Position numbers and translations under genes: made by a program. A DNA stretch of 64,000 bases. Origin: an uncultured delta proteobacterium (GTDB lineage: Bacteria; Desulfobacterota; Desulfobacteria; Desulfobacterales; Desulfosalsimonadaceae). Positions 59,923 to 64,000 of this stretch are shown here, one piece after another. The stretch spans positions 352,001 to 416,000 of the forward strand of contig CAWGYD010000004.1 of assembly GCA_963826785.1 (NCBI GenBank), read 5' to 3'. The notes under the pieces are model-generated. The model had not been told where the DNA came from. It ran no database searches and saw nothing but the letters and a program-made list of their open reading frames with translations. Numbering within the stretch: the first letter of the stretch is position 1; every line of letters starts with the position of its first letter.

Positions 59923-61125
59923 ATGAATAATGATCCATCCACCTTTGAGCCCTTGATTAACGATGGTCTAAACGGCCAGCCGCCTGCCAAGCGGGTGCTG
60001 AAGTATGTTCAGTCCAGAAAAGAGAGGGGCGCGCCCATCGCAGGCGTCTATTGCGCCTATGCGCCGGTGGAACTCCTGCAGGCCATGGGCATTGTGCCCG
60101 CGGTGTTGTGCGCATTCTCGAAAATCCCCATCGAGTCCGCCGAGTCCGTTCTTCCGGCCAATTTGTGCCCGTTGATCAAGTCCAGCTACGGCTTTGTCCT
60201 GGAGGGGACCTGTCCCTTTTTCGCCATGGCCGATACCGTCATTGCCGAAACCACATGCGACGGCAAGAAAAAGATGTTTGAACTCATCTCCGAGGTCAAG
60301 CCCATCCACGTGATGGATCTGCCCCAGCTTCCCGATGAAGCCGAGGCGCAGGCCAATTGGCGCCAGATGATTATCAAGCTCAAGAATTTCCTGGAGAATC
60401 GTTTTAATATCAATGTTTCCGACCGGCAGATCGAAGAAAACCTTCAGATGTCCAACCGCAAAAACCGGCTGATGCGAAAGATTTTTGATTTTGCCGCCAT
60501 GCATCCGCCGGTGATCAGCTGGCAGGAAATGTACGAGGTCTGCTGGCTGGCACTGCCGTCAACGGGGCAGGAGATCATCCCGCTGCTGGAATCGGTGGTG
60601 CAAAAGCTGGAAAACCGTGCGGCCGCCGGCTGCCACTTCGGAACACCGGATTCCCCCCGGGTGCTGGTAACGGGAAGCCCCGTCAGCGGGGATGCGGCCA
60701 AGATCTTCAAGGTCATCGAAGCGGCCGGGGGGGTGGTGGTGGCCCCGGATAACTGCACGGGGATGAAGCCTTTCATGGGTGATTTTGCCGAAAACACGGG
60801 AGATCCCATCGGATCACTGGCAAGCCGGTATCTTAAAATCCCGTGCGCCTGCATGTCCCCCAATACCCGCCGCCTGGATGCGCTTTCGGAAATGATTGAA
60901 AAATTTGCGCCCGACGTGGTGATCGACTTTATTCTCCAGGCCTGCCATGCCTATAATGTAGAATCCTACAAGGTCGGCAACCACGTGACCGAAAACCACG
61001 GGGTGGCCTTCCTGAAAGTGGAATCCGACTATTCTGAGACCGACATCGGACAGATCAGGACCCGCATCGAAGCCGTTTTTGAAATGCTGCCCGCCAAAAA
61101 GAAGGCCGGGGCAGGGGCATTGTAG
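59923..61125 (+). CDS. 2-hydroxyacyl-CoA dehydratase-family protein, double-cubane-cluster (YjiM/DCCP) type
   Basis: GVYCAYAPVE, NLCPLIKSSYG, TCPFF, ETTCDGKKKMFE, NCTG, PCACMSPN, ACHAYNVE, ESDYS..D.GQIRTRIEA. Confidence 0.85.
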   Translation: MNNDPSTFEPLINDGLNGQPPAKRVLKYVQSRKERGAPIAGVYCAYAPVELLQAMGIVPAVLCAFSKIPIESAESVLPANLCPLIKSSYGFVLEGTCPFFAMADTVIAETTCDGKKKMFELISEVKPIHVMDLPQLPDEAEAQANWRQMIIKLKNFLENRFNINVSDRQIEENLQMSNRKNRLMRKIFDFAAMHPPVISWQEMYEVCWLALPSTGQEIIPLLESVVQKLENRAAAGCHFGTPDSPRVLVTGSPVSGDAAKIFKVIEAAGGVVVAPDNCTGMKPFMGDFAENTGDPIGSLASRYLKIPCACMSPNTRRLDALSEMIEKFAPDVVIDFILQACHAYNVESYKVGNHVTENHGVAFLKVESDYSETDIGQIRTRIEAVFEMLPAKKKAGAGAL

Positions 61126-61284
61126 TGCCCTGATCACTTTGTCAGGATGCCAGGCGGTCGGCTTTGACCTTCAATCATGCCGCCGCTGCATCGGGGACCA
61201 GACGGTCAATCCCTTTTTTTCTCGTTTTTCAACCCCCCCCGCCATTTTCTGCGCGGGGGGCATTTCTCAGCCCCTTTCAGGACT

Positions 61285-62031
61285 TCAGTCGCGTTTATTC
61301 AAGGGGCATACCTTCAGGCATTCGTCGCAGGCCAGCCAGTAGTCATTTCCCGCCGTGTTGATCACCCGTTCGATATGCTTGAGGCCCTGTTCGTCCTTGA
61401 GGGCCAGGGGATAGATGGCATGTTTGATGGTATGGCCCAGGCAGGTCATCTTCTGAAACTCCCCGGTTTCAGAAAAAGCGCTGGACTGGCATTTCTGCTG
61501 GCAGGCATGGCATTTTTCCGGGCAGGGCATCTGGTCGTTTACCGGGTCTGCCGGCATTGGCGCGCTGGTGATCACGGCCCCGAGCCGCAGCAATGCGCCG
61601 TATTGCGGATGATACATCAATCCGCTTCTCCCGAAGGCCCCCAGGCCGGCGTTTACGGCCGCATGCTTCAGTGAAATCATTCCCCACGGTTCAAATTCAT
61701 GAAAAACCAGCGGGGCGTAGCTCGGGATCATCACCGTATCGAAGCGGCCCTGATCCTCGATGAAGTTGCACAATTCGAAACTGATCTCGTCCAGGTGCCG
61801 GTAGACCGTATGATAGGCGCGCTGAAGAAGATGCAGATTGTACGCCGGAGACGACAGAACGCCCCTGGACACGGGGATGCCAAATACGATCACGGTCCGG
61901 GCATCCTTGCACACCCTTCCCGGATGATGCGCCTCCGGTGCGGCATTAAACCGGTCGATGGAAGCAAAGCCGAGTGCGGAGACCCTGCCGGAAAGAAACT
62001 TTGTGATCGATTCTTTCAAAGCCATATTCAT
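61285..62031 (-). CDS. Epoxyqueuosine-reductase (QueG)-like 2x[4Fe-4S] protein
   Basis: SLKHAAVNAGLG, P.YG...RLGAVIT, C..CHACQQKC, CDECLKVCP; RBS GAAGGAGG before ATG 62031. Confidence 0.8.
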   Translation of the reverse strand: MNMALKESITKFLSGRVSALGFASIDRFNAAPEAHHPGRVCKDARTVIVFGIPVSRGVLSSPAYNLHLLQRAYHTVYRHLDEISFELCNFIEDQGRFDTVMIPSYAPLVFHEFEPWGMISLKHAAVNAGLGAFGRSGLMYHPQYGALLRLGAVITSAPMPADPVNDQMPCPEKCHACQQKCQSSAFSETGEFQKMTCLGHTIKHAIYPLALKDEQGLKHIERVINTAGNDYWLACDECLKVCPLNKRD

Positions 62032-62268
62032 TTTATTTCCTCCTTCGTCTTCTTTGCGCAGGTCTGAAGAAGTGTATGCTGCCATACAAGTTACTTGCAT
62101 ACAAGGTTTGCCGGCTGAAACCGTTCGGTTACCCGCCGGGCTCGATAGATGCGGTTTTTTTGATTCATTGAATCAGACAGAGTGAATTTTCGCGGTCTTT
62201 GCGTCCTGACGAGCGATTCAGGCTTTTTGCAGTTTCATCCAAATTTTTCTGCCATTAAGACCGAAAAA

Positions 62269-62691
62269 TTACCCGATCGCCTGCTGCCGGACTTTCAGGA
62301 GCAGTTCTTTTAACATCGCCTGTTCGGCCGAACTGAGCGGCTGCAGGAACTCCCGGTTGGCCTCATCCGAAAGGGCCCGGATCTTGAGGGTGGTGCCGCG
62401 GCCTTTTTCGGTCAGGCAGATTCGGATGGCCCGCCGGTCTTCGGGATGGGGCCGCCGCTCGATGAAATTCCCCGCTTCCAGCCGGTCCAGTATGCCGGTA
62501 AGGGTCGCGCTGTCCAGAAGGGTCCGGCTGCCCAGTTCGCAGGAGGGGATTTCGTCCTCGTCCCCCAGGAAACCCAGTACCATTGCCTGGGCCGTGGTGA
62601 GGCTCAAGCAGGAAACGACATTGGACCAGAACCGGGCCCCCGCCTGGTTGGCCTTTGCCAGATGAAAAAATATGCAATCCGTGACTTTCAT
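62269..62691 (-). CDS. MarR-family transcriptional regulator
   Basis: LTTAQ, DSATLTGILDRLE, RRPHPEDRR...LTEKG. Confidence 0.92.
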   Translation of the reverse strand: MKVTDCIFFHLAKANQAGARFWSNVVSCLSLTTAQAMVLGFLGDEDEIPSCELGSRTLLDSATLTGILDRLEAGNFIERRPHPEDRRAIRICLTEKGRGTTLKIRALSDEANREFLQPLSSAEQAMLKELLLKVRQQAIG

Positions 62692-62973
62692 GATGATATG
62701 GGGATATCCTTCGATTATGGTTATGTATGTGGCTCGTATGCAAGCATTAATGTGAGCGTTTAGTCAAGATAAATTGCGTCAACTCTTTTTTCTTTCCAAA
62801 ATACCTTTTGCAGGGCCGTCAAATACATCATCTACCCCATATGCACATCCCCTGCTGCTGAAGGAAATTGAGTTTGACTTTGACGCTTTTTCAATAATTC
62901 AAATGAAGCGCAGAAGCGAAGCGAAAGTTTTTAAATTGAAAGGCGGTGCGGGATGATGAAATCGGGGGGCGGC

Positions 62974-64000
62974 ATGAATACAGACAAAATGCGCAAAATG
63001 TCCGGTACGATCCGGATTCTGGCCATTGCGGTGGTGCTTGTTTTTGCGGTGTTCCTGGGTCGGCAGGTCTTCAGCGGGTTTACCCCGTCGGACCGGATAC
63101 CGGCGGATGCCAAATCTGATTTCGGTTTGATGGCCGAGGCATGGAATGCCATCCAGGCCCACTACGTGGACAGGTCGTCCGTAAAACCGGTGCCAATGAC
63201 ATATGGCGCCATCAGCGGCATGGTGGCTGCCCTGGGGGATGATGACCACAGCACATTTCTCACCCCGGAGATGCTCAAGAAGGAAAACGAATATACGCAG
63301 GGCCAGTATAAGGGGATCGGTGCCGAGGTGAAGATGAAAAATGGACAGGTGACCGTGGTAACGCCAATTGACGGCTCCCCGGCGCAGAAGGCTGGCCTCA
63401 AACCCGGCGAAGTCATCCTGGCGGTTGACGGCCAGAATGTTTCCGGTCTCAAGCTGATTCAAGTGGTCAAACGGATTGCCGGTCCGGAGGGTACCGAGGT
63501 CACCCTTTCGATTCTCGACCCGGTTACCGGCAAAACCCGCAAAGTTACATTGGTGCGGGCCGAAATTACCGTGGACAACGTGAGCCTGCAGCGGCTTCCC
63601 GGAACCCGGATCGACCATTTGCGGATCGCGGGGTTCAGCGAAAATGTCACGAAAAACCTGAAAACAGCCCTCATGAAGCTAAAGAGCGACGACTCCGCAG
63701 GGATTATCCTGGACCTGCGAAACAATCCGGGCGGTCTTCTGGAAAAAGCCGTTTCCGTCGCCAGTCAGTTCCTGGCCGGGGGGAATGTGCTTCTGGAAAA
63801 AAACGCCCGGGGGAAGATCAAAAAGGTCCCCGTGGAAAAGGGGGGCGCGGCACTGCATATACCCATGGTGGCATTGGTGAACGGCGGCACCGCCAGCGCC
63901 GCTGAAATTGTGGCCGGGGCGCTTCAGGACCACGGCCGGGCAGAGCTGGTGGGAACCAAAACGTTTGGCACCGGGACGGTGCTTCGGGAGTTTCCCCTGT
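62974..64000 (+). CDS. S41 (CtpA-like) carboxy-terminal processing protease, PDZ-containing; runs off window end
   Basis: Not in the ORF track. Translation gives an N-terminal hydrophobic segment, YKGIG, GSPAQKAGL (PDZ), ILDLRNNPGGLL, LVNGGTASAAEIVAGALQD and TFGTG. Alternative start at 62953. Confidence 0.9.
   Translation, partial: MNTDKMRKMSGTIRILAIAVVLVFAVFLGRQVFSGFTPSDRIPADAKSDFGLMAEAWNAIQAHYVDRSSVKPVPMTYGAISGMVAALGDDDHSTFLTPEMLKKENEYTQGQYKGIGAEVKMKNGQVTVVTPIDGSPAQKAGLKPGEVILAVDGQNVSGLKLIQVVKRIAGPEGTEVTLSILDPVTGKTRKVTLVRAEITVDNVSLQRLPGTRIDHLRIAGFSENVTKNLKTALMKLKSDDSAGIILDLRNNPGGLLEKAVSVASQFLAGGNVLLEKNARGKIKKVPVEKGGAALHIPMVALVNGGTASAAEIVAGALQDHGRAELVGTKTFGTGTVLREFPL

Overview
A 64-kb, GC-rich, gene-dense bacterial chromosomal segment. 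Gene content and intergenic repeat style suggest an anaerobic deltaproteobacterium, probably Desulfobacterales-like (inference). From left to right it holds: (1) a group-3c-type hydrogenase locus (FrhB-like subunit, mvhG, mvhA, hypCDE); (2) mixed genes (membrane-anchored kinase-like protein, PolX, patatin, haloalkane dehalogenase, SAM methyltransferase); (3) a cell-envelope redox block (signal-peptide rubrerythrin, exported rhodanese, GMC oxidase, membrane-protein/cytochrome c fusion, Cyc2-like cytochrome-porin, small cytochrome c); (4) a pentose-phosphate/glycogen cluster (tkt, rpiB, tal-pgi, fbp, gnd, zwf, pgl, rpe, glk, glgP) that also contains a probable His/Cys-ligated cytochrome c; (5) a full nuoA-N complex I with fused NuoCD and a CBS gene inserted between nuoA and nuoB; (6) assorted redox and hydrolase genes, ending in a partial S41 protease. 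The ORF track misses several signals. Two genes are selenoproteins read through UGA (MvhA DP-U-ISC; rhodanese YCG-U-P) and share a near-identical SECIS-like hairpin. Two ~145-bp palindromic elements in the nuo operon show compensatory base changes. Five genes carry single-base frameshifts that look like sequencing errors. The S41 protease has Thr at the catalytic Lys position. The best candidate for a new system is the Cyc2-like outer-membrane conduit with flanking periplasmic and inner-membrane cytochromes, lying next to the glycogen/pentose-phosphate/complex I block. No rRNA, tRNA, CRISPR array or transposase was recognised. All family assignments come from motif recognition by eye, not database searches.
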